A stretch of 63,686 nucleotides of DNA, the filler included, from Bonamia ostreae (lineage: Eukaryota): assembly GCA_040357525.1 (NCBI GenBank). It is 54 parts of 54 records of this genome, joined end to end, with 100 filler letters (N's around TTAATTAATTAA, not from the genome) between each part and the next. Parts side by side here need not be neighbours in the genome. Positions count along the whole stretch, not along the records: positions 11,878 to 12,963 come from JBDODL010002761.1; positions 13,064 to 14,149 come from JBDODL010002762.1; positions 14,250 to 15,335 come from JBDODL010002763.1; positions 15,436 to 16,520 come from JBDODL010002764.1; positions 16,621 to 17,705 come from JBDODL010002765.1; positions 17,806 to 18,890 come from JBDODL010002766.1; positions 18,991 to 20,075 come from JBDODL010002767.1; positions 20,176 to 21,259 come from JBDODL010002768.1; 46 more parts are not named here. One strand, given 5' to 3'. Made by a program: the position numbers and the translations under genes. Position 1 is the first letter of the stretch; the number at the start of each line of letters is the position of its first letter. This document shows, piece after piece, positions 12,160-22,746 of this stretch. The notes beneath the pieces are model-generated. The model was not told the DNA's origin. It did no database searches and worked only from the letters and a program-made list of their open reading frames with translations.

Positions 12160-12546
12160 TTGTTTGTTGTTGCGTTATGGTTTAAATGGTGGAGTACAGT
12201 GTGTTACATAAATAAAGATGTTGTTAGTAAATTTTATTTAAGATTTGATCGTATTACTTCATTTTTATTTCTTTTTTTGAGCGATGTTTTGTTTTCGAAG
12301 TTTAGTCGTATATTTATTCGCAAAAACATAAAAATTGCAAACTTTTTGATACCATCACGAAAAAAACTTTTTTGAGTGGCGATCATTTCGTCAAAGACGT
12401 TTTCTGTCTCAATTGCGGATTGATCGTCGGATGCTTCTACTCAAAATCGTTCGAAAATAGCCAATTTTACAAATTGGAAAAAGTGTTGCATTGAAAGAAA
12501 TTTGGTTGTTATTAAACTCAAAAATTATTTTTTGAAACCAATTTAA
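12160..12546 (+). pseudogene. Yippee/YPEL-like zinc-binding gene, apparently disrupted
   Basis: FLSGDHFVKDVFCLNCGLIVGCFYSKSFENSQFYK (12368-12473) matches the Yippee block LTGLHxVADIxCxxCxxxLGWKYxxAFExSQKYK. Upstream NKDVVSK. Frameshift in an A-run near 12480, and the first CxxC is not present. Confidence 0.6.
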
Positions 12547-13949
12547 TTTTGGACAATTTTAAATTCACAAAAAAGCGAAAAACCCCAAAAATGCCTATAA
12601 ATTAAATCACCAAATGCTTCGAAAAGAGGTCTTGACGAGCGAAAGAGAAGCTGATATTATGTTTAGTAAATCCCTTTCCCCAAAAAAACAATTTTTCTAA
12701 AAAAATAGTAGCAATTTATCAATCTCATTCTTTTGTTGTGTTAATGGTTATACACAATTTTTCTATTTTGACCAAAAATCTTGTTTTGAAGTTATTTTTG
12801 AATGTTCTATTCAGTTGATCATTGTTTTTACCAAAATTACAAAGTCCCAAATGTTATTTTAATAAACATGTTTTAAAGTTTAATAGCCGTTAAAGACAGG
12901 AAATCAAATATTATTATTGCTCAAATTAACAACCGAAAAAATTTTGTAAAAAATTGTAAATTTNNNNNNNNNNNNNNNNNNNNNNNNNNNNNNNNNNNNN
13001 NNNNNNNTTAATTAATTAANNNNNNNNNNNNNNNNNNNNNNNNNNNNNNNNNNNNNNNNNNNNGTGTGTGTGTGAGGGTGTGTGCGTGTGTGACAACAAA
13101 GAAACATAATATCAATTGCCAGGTTTTCGAGAAAACATCACACATCTTTTCTTCGGGAATTTACATAACACATTAAACAAAAGAAACTAGCGTTGATGAC
13201 AATAGAAAAATGAAGAAAACGCAGCGATCGATCGAACAAATCTTATAAAGGATACGAAATTCAAAGAAAGGTAAACACGAGCCACTGGACAGACTAGGAG
13301 TAGGATTAGGTACAAAGGACCTGTTAGTATTCCTTCTTAACCGGCCATATCCACTGTGAAAATATGACCAATTGACATGTGAAAAACTAGGCAGCTCGCT
13401 TCAGCGTAGAGCGGTAAAGTATGTCTCCTAATTTCGAACAAATTGATAAGATTATGTGGAATGTAAGTCGCTAATATACTTATTCTTCCATGAATTATAT
13501 TCCAAACGAATACTAGTAATTAAAATAAGACATAATTGCTGGTTAGTAAAATGCCTCTTAGTAAAAAAAAAAAAAAAAAACCAACAATTAACGGGGGGCA
13601 AAGGTTTGATGGGTCGCGGGGTGGGTTTTGGTGATGGTGTAACAACGTTAAAAGCATGATGAGTTTTCATNNNNNNNNNNAAAGCAGGATTCATTGTAAT
13701 CTATGTGTAACAAAGTTGCGATCAATCTATAGTTTAAGTCAGATTTCCGCAATGTCTATGGTCTTTTTAGTATTATTATTCACATCAGATAGGTTGGTTT
13801 TTTGTTAATTTTTTACTATCTCTGGTGTTTTCAGGCGCCCTGCTCTTATTTTTGTTATTCTGATGGGATTTTACAGATTGTACACTTTTCGTTATCTTCA
13901 CGTTTTCATGCTTATTTTCACCACAGGTTGCTCCTGTTTTTTTTATCAA

Positions 13950-14100
13950 CATATATGGTTCGCTGTGGGTGTGATGGATGAAGATAGACGGCTTATCCCT
14001 GATCCCACCTTTGGTGTTTCCATGGATATGCGTTGTACCTTTATCGATTTTGTATTCTTTGTAGGATATATTTAATCGATCATTATTTGTTATTTTCAAT
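13950..14100 (+). mobile_element. Penelope-like terminal repeat fragment (host type)
   Basis: GTGGGTGTGA...CCTGATCCCACCTTTGGTG...TTTTGTATTCTTTGTAGGA, shared with copies at 1360, 25262, 35680, 54685 and 57245. Confidence 0.65.
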
Positions 14101-14318
14101 TATCCTTGATGGAAGGTTCAATGATCATCGGTGAATTTATCCACTAACANNNNNNNNNNNNNNNNNNNNNNNNNNNNNNNNNNNNNNNNNNNNTTAATTA
14201 ATTAANNNNNNNNNNNNNNNNNNNNNNNNNNNNNNNNNNNNNNNNNNNNTCATTAAAAATCAACAAATGTTATTTGATATTTAAAAATGTTATTGATATT
14301 TAAAATTCAAAAATATAC

Positions 14319-15302
14319 TTCCAGCGACGAGTACATTGTTTTTATTTAAAGAAAGAGTATTTATGATATTTTGCGGACGAGTTAAATTGCGTTGAAATTG
14401 CCCCTGAGGCAATTTCCAATCTTTAATGGCATCTGCGGCACCGCTTATAAAAGCATTTTCAGTTTGGTGTATCAAAACGTCTCTAATGCTTTTTTTGTGG
14501 TGCGTCAATGTCTAATTATTAAATTCTCAAAACTGTTATCGATCTCCCATTTCTCAAATCCCAAAAACGAATCTGATCTGTTAAATTTATTAAACAGTGT
14601 GATCGTGGCTGCCTGTTATTACTTGTGGTTCGTATTCTTGAGTTTGAACGCTTGCCACAGTTGATTTGTGGCCACTTAAAACATGAATCTGCGCCTATTA
14701 TTTTTACATAACTAAAAGCTTCAAAAATATTAATTTTTCAATGATTTTAATTATTTGTTTATTGTTGTAACGACATGTTTATTAAAAATTTTTTGTTTAA
14801 AAAATCCGCATATAAAAAATTTACAAAATATATCAAACAGAAAGCTTTAAATACCGAAAATTTTAAAATGTCAAAAACTTTTGTTCGGACATCCCAGACT
14901 CTCCCACAAGAATCTCTGCCAACAGACACCAAAACGTCGAGCGTCGGGTGAAGAGACAATCCGTAGACACCACTCAAATGGCCGTGGTACTTTCTAATAA
15001 CTTTGTTCTGTTCAAAATCCCAACAACGAACAGATTTGTCATCTCCGCACGAAAAAATGTACGGATGTCTGTCGCTCACACAAATTCCTCTGACTCCGGT
15101 CGTGTGGCCAGTCAAAGTCAATTTGAGTACTCCGCTTGCCAAATCCCAACTGTTTTTGATTTTATCAGTAACAAAAAATTACATTTTGATCGTGCGATCG
15201 TTGCTACCTGTAACAAACCATTCGTTTGCGTAATCAACTGCAACTGCTCGCACCCAGCCAAAATGTCCAGATATTACTCTTTTTAGTTTCCAAGGCGCGT
15301 GC
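14319..15302 (-). CDS. PLRG1: Pleiotropic regulator 1 / Prp46 WD40 splicing factor, partial
   Basis: [18 protein letters not shown]...[21 protein letters not shown]...[11 protein letters not shown]...GSHDHTIRFWDL. Introns 15150-15182 (33 nt), one of about 185 nt, 14573-14595 (23 nt) and 14512-14533 (22 nt) restore the frame. Confidence 0.95.
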
Positions 15303-16720
15303 CTTTTTCGATTAAAATGGTTTTTCGATTTTCGANNNNNNNNNNNNNNNNNNNNNNNNNNNNNNNNNNNNNNNNNNNNTTAATTAATTAANNNNNNNNN
15401 NNNNNNNNNNNNNNNNNNNNNNNNNNNNNNNNNNNACCGCGAGCCTCGACTACAATGATAAAATATGTAAAGTGAGTGCATAACACAAAAACGAAAATGA
15501 TTTTGAAATTTGAAGCAAATTATACTTTGTTGCTACACCCACGTCCCATGCAATTTCCGATCGACACTTGAAAATGTAAGGGCATCTGTAACACATAAAA
15601 TAGACAACTATAAAAGCGACATAATATATGGTATGTATTACATTAAAGTAAAATCATTCGAAATATCAAACGAAGATTATTCTCTGCATCCGTTTACAAA
15701 ATATACATGCATGTTCATGTAAAATACCAAGAACAATTGGATACCTCAAGATGGAGGGTATGTTCCTTATTGATAAACTTCTGGAAAGTTTCCGTGTTAA
15801 TGAAAGACGAACAGCTCCATTTCGGACAGGCTATAATCAATTTCGATTTTTCAATTGATCCAACTGCAATCTGCAGACATTCCAGACAAAAGGAATGTGC
15901 GCAGTCTTGAATTACTGCTGTTGCCTAAAAAGAACAGGTTCCCAACACTTGCACCAATAGTTATTATATGCCTTTCTAAAAATCATTTGCAAAACATCTG
16001 TGAATCACACCGCCTTAAAGGCTTAACACTCGCTGATGGTACATAACCGGTGAAAGTACTAGGAGTTATATTCACTACAGTTTTGATTCACTCTTTCGGG
16101 AAAGTACCGAAAATGGAACTGCAACCATTGAAGGTTTTGAAAAGTTATACAGAAAATATTTTCTGGAAAGAACTCCCTCCAAAAGCTATCCATAGTGTGA
16201 CCTCTCGTTCAATTTAATCATTGTTTCACTATTCTGAGTAACCATAGGTCTGCATGTTTCTTATATTTGATTGTGGTTTGCACCTACTAAACTATTTGAT
16301 CTATATCCATTGCTAGTGTGTTTCCCCAGCCAAAAACTGAATGGAATTAAAGATACTAGATACACCCCTTGGCGGTGACATTTTCCATTACCTCCCTTCC
16401 ATAGTTAAAGTTCATTTATTTGAACTAAATTATTTTGATATACTCATTCGATCTACATTGATACATTTCTATATAGGTTTTGTAGAAAGTAAACATAGTT
16501 TCTAGATGAAAGGTAAAAATNNNNNNNNNNNNNNNNNNNNNNNNNNNNNNNNNNNNNNNNNNNNTTAATTAATTAANNNNNNNNNNNNNNNNNNNNNNNN
16601 NNNNNNNNNNNNNNNNNNNNTTTAAAAATTGTAAAAATTTGTTTTTGTCAAAAATCTTAAAAAATTTTTCTTTAAAAATCGTAAAAATTTTATTTTCCCG
16701 AAAAATTTTAATCGATAAGA

Positions 16721-16814
16721 TCTGGAGATTAAATCTCAACTTGGCGACGCCAAAGAAAGCAACACGGTAAAGAATGAAGATATTGAAAATTTACTCAAAA
16801 AATTTGCAGATTAA
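16721..16814 (+). CDS. Last exon of a gene, weakly resembling an ESCRT-III (CHMP2-like) C-terminus
   Basis: After an AG acceptor it reads LEIKSQLGDAKESNTVKNEDIENLLKKFAD-stop. Convergent with CNOT9. Confidence 0.3.
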
Positions 16815-16896
16815 ATGGCAAAATTTTACCATCTTGACAAAAATTTCTAATTTTCAAATTTGCGTTTTACAATAAAACAAAAAAATTAAAAACGAT

Positions 16897-17668
16897 TCAG
16901 TCCCTCAAACTAAGATTGTGAATTAACTGGTTGAGCCATTTCTGAGCATCGCTGTCTCTGCTCAGCAAATGTTCGAACGCATTTGTTCTCAACGCGCTCG
17001 GCAAACATTTTCTTAGAGCGTTCCTCGCTCTTAAAATTCAGCAAAAAACTTTCTGTTTGCCGAAAGACATAAATAACAGTGAATAATGTGTTTTAACAGT
17101 CGAATCGAGTTTTTGTTAATCATTTTCTCCACTGTTTCTCTTTAAGGAATTTTAGTAAATTTTGTCAGCAAAAATTTTGCAAAACATCAACACGTCGCTG
17201 ACGGAGAAAAATCTATCCGACGTGGCACAAACGTATTCGAGACCTTGTCGATCGATGAGGATTTTCTGGATGATGTAGGCTGCGACGGTCTGTGAAATTT
17301 CTGTTGCTTCCCTTAAGATCTTCAGACAAAGCGGGACGATTTCTGTTTGGATGAGATATTTTACGACTTCGGGGTCGTTTGACTAATTTATATCTATTGA
17401 ACTTGCAACAGCGACCCGAAAACGCCGAGCCCAGTTAATCTTATTTTCTCCAAATTAACGCTTTTGTGATGGCGAATGTTTATAAACGGGAAGATGTACA
17501 GAGGAACATTGGCTAAATTAGGAGTAGAAAACATTCTATGAAAACGGTTCTGGTTTCCGGGTGCATTGCTATGCATTGCATTATTGCCAGAGAGTTACAA
17601 CAACGAGTCGAAATTTCCATTTGGAGTTTCTCGGGATAATGGAGATAAGGATAAACCGACAGCAACTC
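16897..17668 (-). CDS. CNOT9: CCR4-NOT subunit 9 (Rcd1/Caf40), 5' partial
   Basis: RCCNSLAIMQCIAMHPETR...RLTGLGVFGSL...TEIVPLCLKI...RLLKHIIHCYLCLS...ARNALRKCLP. Introns 17513-17532, 17383-17402 and 17030-17049 (each 20 nt) and 17140-17185. Confidence 0.93.
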
Positions 17669-17805
17669 CTTTGTAAAATGTCGGGAAATTGTTACAAAAA
17701 ATATTNNNNNNNNNNNNNNNNNNNNNNNNNNNNNNNNNNNNNNNNNNNNTTAATTAATTAANNNNNNNNNNNNNNNNNNNNNNNNNNNNNNNNNNNNNNN
17801 NNNNN

Positions 17806-18479
17806 TTTTATCAATTTTATCGATTTTTTGTTTGTTTTTTGTCTTTTTATCAATTTTATCTTTTTTCTTGCGATTTTCTTTAATTGTGAATTTTGAAGGA
17901 TCCCAAATTAATTTTCTGCGACTTTCGTACTCTTCATCACTTTGACCTTCTTGAGCAGATGACGAATTTTCTTCATTTTTAAATTTTCGTGTTGGCCGTC
18001 GATACTTATTTTAACAAAAATTCAAAATTTTCTTCAAAAATAATATAAAAAGACGCCATTTTATATAAAACACGCAAAACAACCAAATTTCAAAAATACT
18101 TTTTAAGCGCTCATTTTCCAAACCTTTTTTACATGATCACACCGCAATATTCTCCCATTTATTTTTGTTCCATTAAAATTATCAACAGCTAAGACAGTAC
18201 TCCTTTGATCTTCAAAAGCAACAAAAGCGTATCCAAGAGAATTCCCCTTTTCTTTGTCTTTGACGAGATTGCAATCGACGATTTCCCCGAATTGGCTAAA
18301 AATGCAAATAATGTCGCCCTCTGAAAATTGATAGTCAATTCCACTTACAAAGACATAAGAACTGTTTTTGTAAGCCGCGTGCCATGAAGCTGATTCCGGT
18401 GTGTTAAGCCGTAATTCCTTTTTGTTGATTTTTTCTATTTCTTTTATAATGTTCTTTAAATTAATTTGTGATTTACCAT
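17806..18479 (-). CDS. RBMX2: RBMX2/Snu17/Ist3 RRM protein (RES complex), 3' partial
   Basis: SWHAAYKNSSYVFV...EGDIICIFSQFGEIVD...FEDQRSTVLAVDNFNG...RILRCDHV. A 23-nt intron follows the ATG directly (18454-18476); second intron 18005-18123. Confidence 0.95.
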
Positions 18480-18629
18480 TTTCGTGTTTGTAGTTTAACG
18501 TTTTTTATATAATTGTAAATTTCTTTTTGTTATTAATGGCGATTTTGAAATATTGTGAATAGCAGTTTTAAATTTATTATGTAAAATAAAACGAAAAAGA
18601 AAATTTGAAAAATATTTACAAAAAATCTT

Positions 18630-18890
18630 TTAAAAAGTCCTATTATTCTCACATTCTCTGTTTTTAAGCTTTAAAAGTTGTTTTTTCTCGTTTAAAATGC
18701 ATTTAATTTTTTCGATATTTTCGCAAATTTGGATTATTTGGGTTGATGCCAAATTTTCTTCAATGGAATTTAATATTTTAATCAAATTATTTTTCGCTGT
18801 TTTCATCAAAATCGCTTCGTTTTCAAAAGAAGCTTTGTTCTTTTTCCAACCGATTTCTTTCGCTGATTTTTTCAATTTTAAGTACTCGAT
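18630..18890 (-). CDS. 3' end of a hypothetical coiled-coil protein
   Basis: Open frame from the contig edge to the stop at 18630, 150 bp upstream of the RBMX2 ATG. Confidence 0.45.
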   Translation of the reverse strand: MEYLKLKKSAKEIGWKKNKASFENEAILMKTAKNNLIKILNSIEENLASTQIIQICENIEKIKCILNEKKQLLKLKNRECENNRTF

Positions 18891-19679
18891 NNNNNNNNNN
18901 NNNNNNNNNNNNNNNNNNNNNNNNNNNNNNNNNNTTAATTAATTAANNNNNNNNNNNNNNNNNNNNNNNNNNNNNNNNNNNNNNNNNNNNCACTTTTTGC
19001 CCTTCCAAAGATATCTGTTGAATCACATCGAATTCCCAATCGAATTTCCAACTCTAATCTGGTGCAATATAAAAATCTAAAATGAGAGATAATCTGAAAT
19101 TTAATATGGTGCGTAGAATCATATAAAAACTAAAATTTTTTCTAATAATCTGGTTCGTAGAATAATCTCTAATTTGAAATTTAAAAATCTATGATCTCTA
19201 ATAATCTCGGCGAAACAATCATAAGAAATATCTTTAAAACAATGAGATCTTTTAATGCGCGTTATTGGTCTATACAAGTTCTGGCCAGAAGGCATTGAAT
19301 GTTTCCCCTTATTATTCAAAGGCGTAACAGGAGATGTTTGGTTAATTAATTCAAAGGCGTTAATTCTTGGTTAATATGCGTGGCCAGCGCAACGCAAAGG
19401 GAGACATTAGGTACCTTTTACTTCCGTTTCGTTTTTAGGGCAAATAACTTTTACTTCCGATGCGAAAATTGTTCAGACGATATGAAGACAATGAAATGAA
19501 TAATTGTACTGACGGATTTCGNNNNNNNNNNTGCAGCAAAAAGATGCGAAAAATCACAATGAGCATTCGAAAAAATTCAACTTTTTTGTGTGTTAACCGT
19601 GGTTTAGAAAGAAAGATTTTTATTTTGTCAAAGACAAAATTAATTTAATAAATTTTATGTTTCCACCGATAAATGCATT

Positions 19680-19905
19680 TTTTATTTTAATTTGGAATTT
19701 GGGGGCTCACGACTCCGACCTGACATTCAAATTTTGACCGTCCATCGACTAGCGCAGACATTCAAGTTTCAAAGATTTTAGCGCCACCTCAGTGAAATTT
19801 ATGTCTCTTGTTTACTGACATTACTTTGGAAACACAGTACCGAGATTCGAACCCATGCACGCGAAATGCGAATTCTAAGTTGGAACAACTGAGCCGTCGT
19901 GCTCG
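19680..19905 (-). mobile_element. tRNA-derived SINE-like element
   Basis: On the minus strand: A-box-like CGGCTCAGTTG, B-box GGTTCGAATCTC (19842-19853), a body of about 150 nt and an A-rich tail. Tail and head sequences recur in another contig (40021-40167). Confidence 0.65.
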
Positions 19906-20411
19906 GATAAAACAAAAAAATTGAAAAGAAAAGGAAACATAAAAAAGAATCATTAAAAAATAAACAGAACAGATTTTGATAAAATTTAGAGATCAAATAT
20001 TAGATTTGAAAGATATGGCAAGATAAAGAAGCAAAGAAATCTTCTTATAGAAGCATCTTACCACGAGCGAAAACGNNNNNNNNNNNNNNNNNNNNNNNNN
20101 NNNNNNNNNNNNNNNNNNNTTAATTAATTAANNNNNNNNNNNNNNNNNNNNNNNNNNNNNNNNNNNNNNNNNNNNGATTTTTGTGTTTGCAATAATGTTT
20201 ATTTATTGATAACGCAATCGGTTCTTACTTTATTTAGGACGGATAAACAACTTTTTGTCTTTGCACAAAATTGCAATTTAAACAAAAAATCACAACGATA
20301 TCCAAAGAATTGGTTCGTTAAACATGACAAGACGACAATTTTTGCATTTTTGGCACTTACAAAAACGCAATTTTGCAAAATTTCAAATATACAATTAAAG
20401 CTAAACAAAAC

Positions 20412-21185
20412 CCCGCCGATAATGGACACAGTTCTAACTCCCAACGGTTTCGCAAAACGCTCTGTTTCTCGCTCGATCTGTTCGGCGAGTTCCCGCGACG
20501 GCGCCAAAATGACCGCGTACGGCCCGTCCGCCGAGTTTTGCGGTGTCAGCGGCGGCAACTTCAAAATGTATTCCAACATCGGAATCACAAACGCGCATGT
20601 CTTCCCCGAACCCGTTTCCGCGATCCCCACTATGTCGCGGCGAGCGAGCCCGATCGGGATCGCCATCCGTTGGACCGGCGTCGGATCGCGATACCGCGCG
20701 CGCCGCAGTTCTTCTTTGATGCGCTTGTCCAGAGCGCTTTCTTCCCAATAGCGAATCGGCGTGAACTTGCCGATTCCGCGAGTGCTGATTCCAAAGTCTT
20801 CTCTGAAAATCCGCCAGTCGCGGTCTGTCATGTCTTCGAGCTTCTTGTGTTTCCAAAGATGGTGCGCCGACTTGCGGGCGAGTCTTTTTTCTTTTAAGCG
20901 GCGGATGCGCTCCTCTTTGCGCTCGATTATGCGAGCCATCCTCCGCGGCTCGCGGGCTTTGTGTTTGCGGAGCATCTCGAGGAACGCGCTGTTGCGCGTT
21001 TTCTGGGCCTCGCGATCGACGCCGGCGACGAAGCCGCGGCCGAAAGCAAGCGAGACGTCTGCTTTTTTGGCGTAGAGCTCGTTCGGGTCGACGGAGGTGT
21101 CCTCGGTGGGTTCCCAGTCAAAGTTGAATCTTTGTCTGTGGTCGAGAGGAATCACCCGTTTCTCTCTCTTCTTTCTGCCCAAGTA
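20412..21185 (-). CDS. DDX23: U5 snRNP DEAD-box helicase Prp28/DDX23, internal exon
   Basis: FNFDWEPTEDTS, MTDRDWRIFREDFGI, PTPVQRMAIPIGL, DIVGIAETGSGKT and DGPYAVILAPSRELAEQI. The exon is bounded by AG (21186) and GT (20411). Confidence 0.96.
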
Positions 21186-21359
21186 CTTATTTGTCGCAAA
21201 ATTATTTTTGGACTAAAGATTTTTGGGGTTAATGTTTTTATTTCTTTGTTTAAAGAAATNNNNNNNNNNNNNNNNNNNNNNNNNNNNNNNNNNNNNNNNN
21301 NNNTTAATTAATTAANNNNNNNNNNNNNNNNNNNNNNNNNNNNNNNNNNNNNNNNNNNN

Positions 21360-21944
21360 AACTCTCTGTTCTCGATGTTAATATCGTCTTCAAAACAAGA
21401 TATCGGAGTTTGGATATCATACTCCAAATTCCTGTTCAAACACTCCGATGAAATCCCTCCAGAAAGCGTTCTGAAGCGATCGCGGTTTCTAACCGAAAGT
21501 CCGGTCTCCAAAAAAGACAAAACAGAAAAATCGAAAAACGCGAAAAAACTGCTTTCGAAAGCGTTGAACGTTCTCGACAAAAGACTTCATTTTCAGTTTT
21601 TGTTGCGATTCGCCAAAACAGAATTCCTTTTCGGCTCCAAAATCGAAGCTCGACAGACTTTTTCGGACTTGCTGCAAGCTCATCAACGCAACTCGCGCGC
21701 ATGGGGCACATTGATAGATCTGGAAACAGATTTGCTGAAGAAAAACAGTGGGAGCAGCGACCAGAAGGAGATTTGCAGAGTCATCTTCGAAAAGGCGTTG
21801 TCCGCGGATTTGCCGTTGAAAGAAGTGAAATTTGTTTTTTCGCGTTATTTGGATTTCGCCGATCAGTTTTGCTCTGAAAAAGAAGTTTTGGAAGTCAAGA
21901 ACAAAGCGAGAGAATACGCTCTGAAAATGAAGAATAAAAATTGA
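21360..21944 (+). CDS. RRP5: Rrp5/PDCD11 C-terminal HAT-repeat region, 5' partial
   Basis: RFAKTEF.FG....ARQTF...W..LIDLE...RVIFEKAL...LPLKEVKFVFSRYLDF...VKNKAREY-end matches the Rrp5 C-terminus. Confidence 0.85.
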   Translation, partial: NSLFSMLISSSKQDIGVWISYSKFLFKHSDEIPPESVLKRSRFLTESPVSKKDKTEKSKNAKKLLSKALNVLDKRLHFQFLLRFAKTEFLFGSKIEARQTFSDLLQAHQRNSRAWGTLIDLETDLLKKNSGSSDQKEICRVIFEKALSADLPLKEVKFVFSRYLDFADQFCSEKEVLEVKNKAREYALKMKNKN

Positions 21945-22270
21945 TCAAACTTTTTATTAACAAAAATTGGTTTTTGAGATTTTGTTCAAAATGGATTTCT
22001 TTGAAAAGATTTCTTTGTGTTGAACGAGATTAAAAAATTTCAAATTTTGTCTCTCAGAACTTCAATAAAATTTCAGGTTTTTTGTGAACTTTAAAATACA
22101 ACTAAAATACAAGTTTAGAGCTTAGGACTATATAAACTTTAAAGGTTTAAGCTTTAATGTATTTAAAAGTTACAATATATTTTATAAAATATATTATAAC
22201 TTTTAAGGTTTGAGCTTAAATATTAATACTAAATTTTCGTATTAATTAAACTCGTAGATTAAAAATCGCC

Positions 22271-22443
22271 ATGGGCTGCACATCAAGCAAACTAAAGATT
22301 GATTTGACGGGGCTGGACATGGGAAAACCTCTCAAGAAAGGGAAAGAGATCTCGGAGGAAGTGAGTCTGGTAATTCAAGAATGGGAAGAACATGCTGGAA
22401 TTTTGAAAACCTGGGAAACTAAAAAAGAGTACAGACAAGCCAT
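22271..22443 (+). CDS. N-acylated protein, probable CYRI/FAM49 family, 3' partial
   Basis: MGCTSS myristoylation/palmitoylation motif. KEISEEVSLVIQEWEEHAGILKTW...RQA aligns by eye with FAM49 [24 protein letters not shown]...REA. Confidence 0.5.
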
Positions 22444-22543
22444 NNNNNNNNNNNNNNNNNNNNNNNNNNNNNNNNNNNNNNNNNNNNTTAATTAATTAAN
22501 NNNNNNNNNNNNNNNNNNNNNNNNNNNNNNNNNNNNNNNNNNN

Positions 22544-22680
22544 ACAAAAAGTTTTATCGAGAACGACTAGAAAAGTCGCTTTTGTTATTACAATTAATGG
22601 CCAAAATTGCAACAAAAAGTTTTATCGAGAACGACTAGAAAAGTCGCTTTTGTTATTACAATTAATTAATGGCCAATTTG
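22544..22680. repeat. 68-bp tandem duplication in a TFIIB intron
   Basis: ACAAAAAGTTTTATCGAGAACGACTAGAAAAGTCGCTTTTGTTATTACAATTAAT occurs at 22544 and 22612. Confidence 0.85.
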
Positions 22681-22746
22681 CTAAAAATTGGGACTAATGT
22701 TTATTTGGAAAAATATCTTAAAAAATTGCGAAAAATGGCTAAAAAC

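Noticed and set aside
14500-14600. Stop-codon reassignment or programmed frameshifting to explain interrupted conserved genes
   Set aside because: Removing short GT-AG introns restores the conserved protein, and TAA and TGA both act as normal terminators (PPP1R11, CNOT9).
19119-19370. NAF/FISL kinase regulatory motif (INAFELI)
   Set aside because: I could not build a consistent spliced model or find kinase context.
20206-21311. Several long overlapping ORFs on both strands
   Set aside because: They are shadow frames of the GC-rich PRP28 exon.
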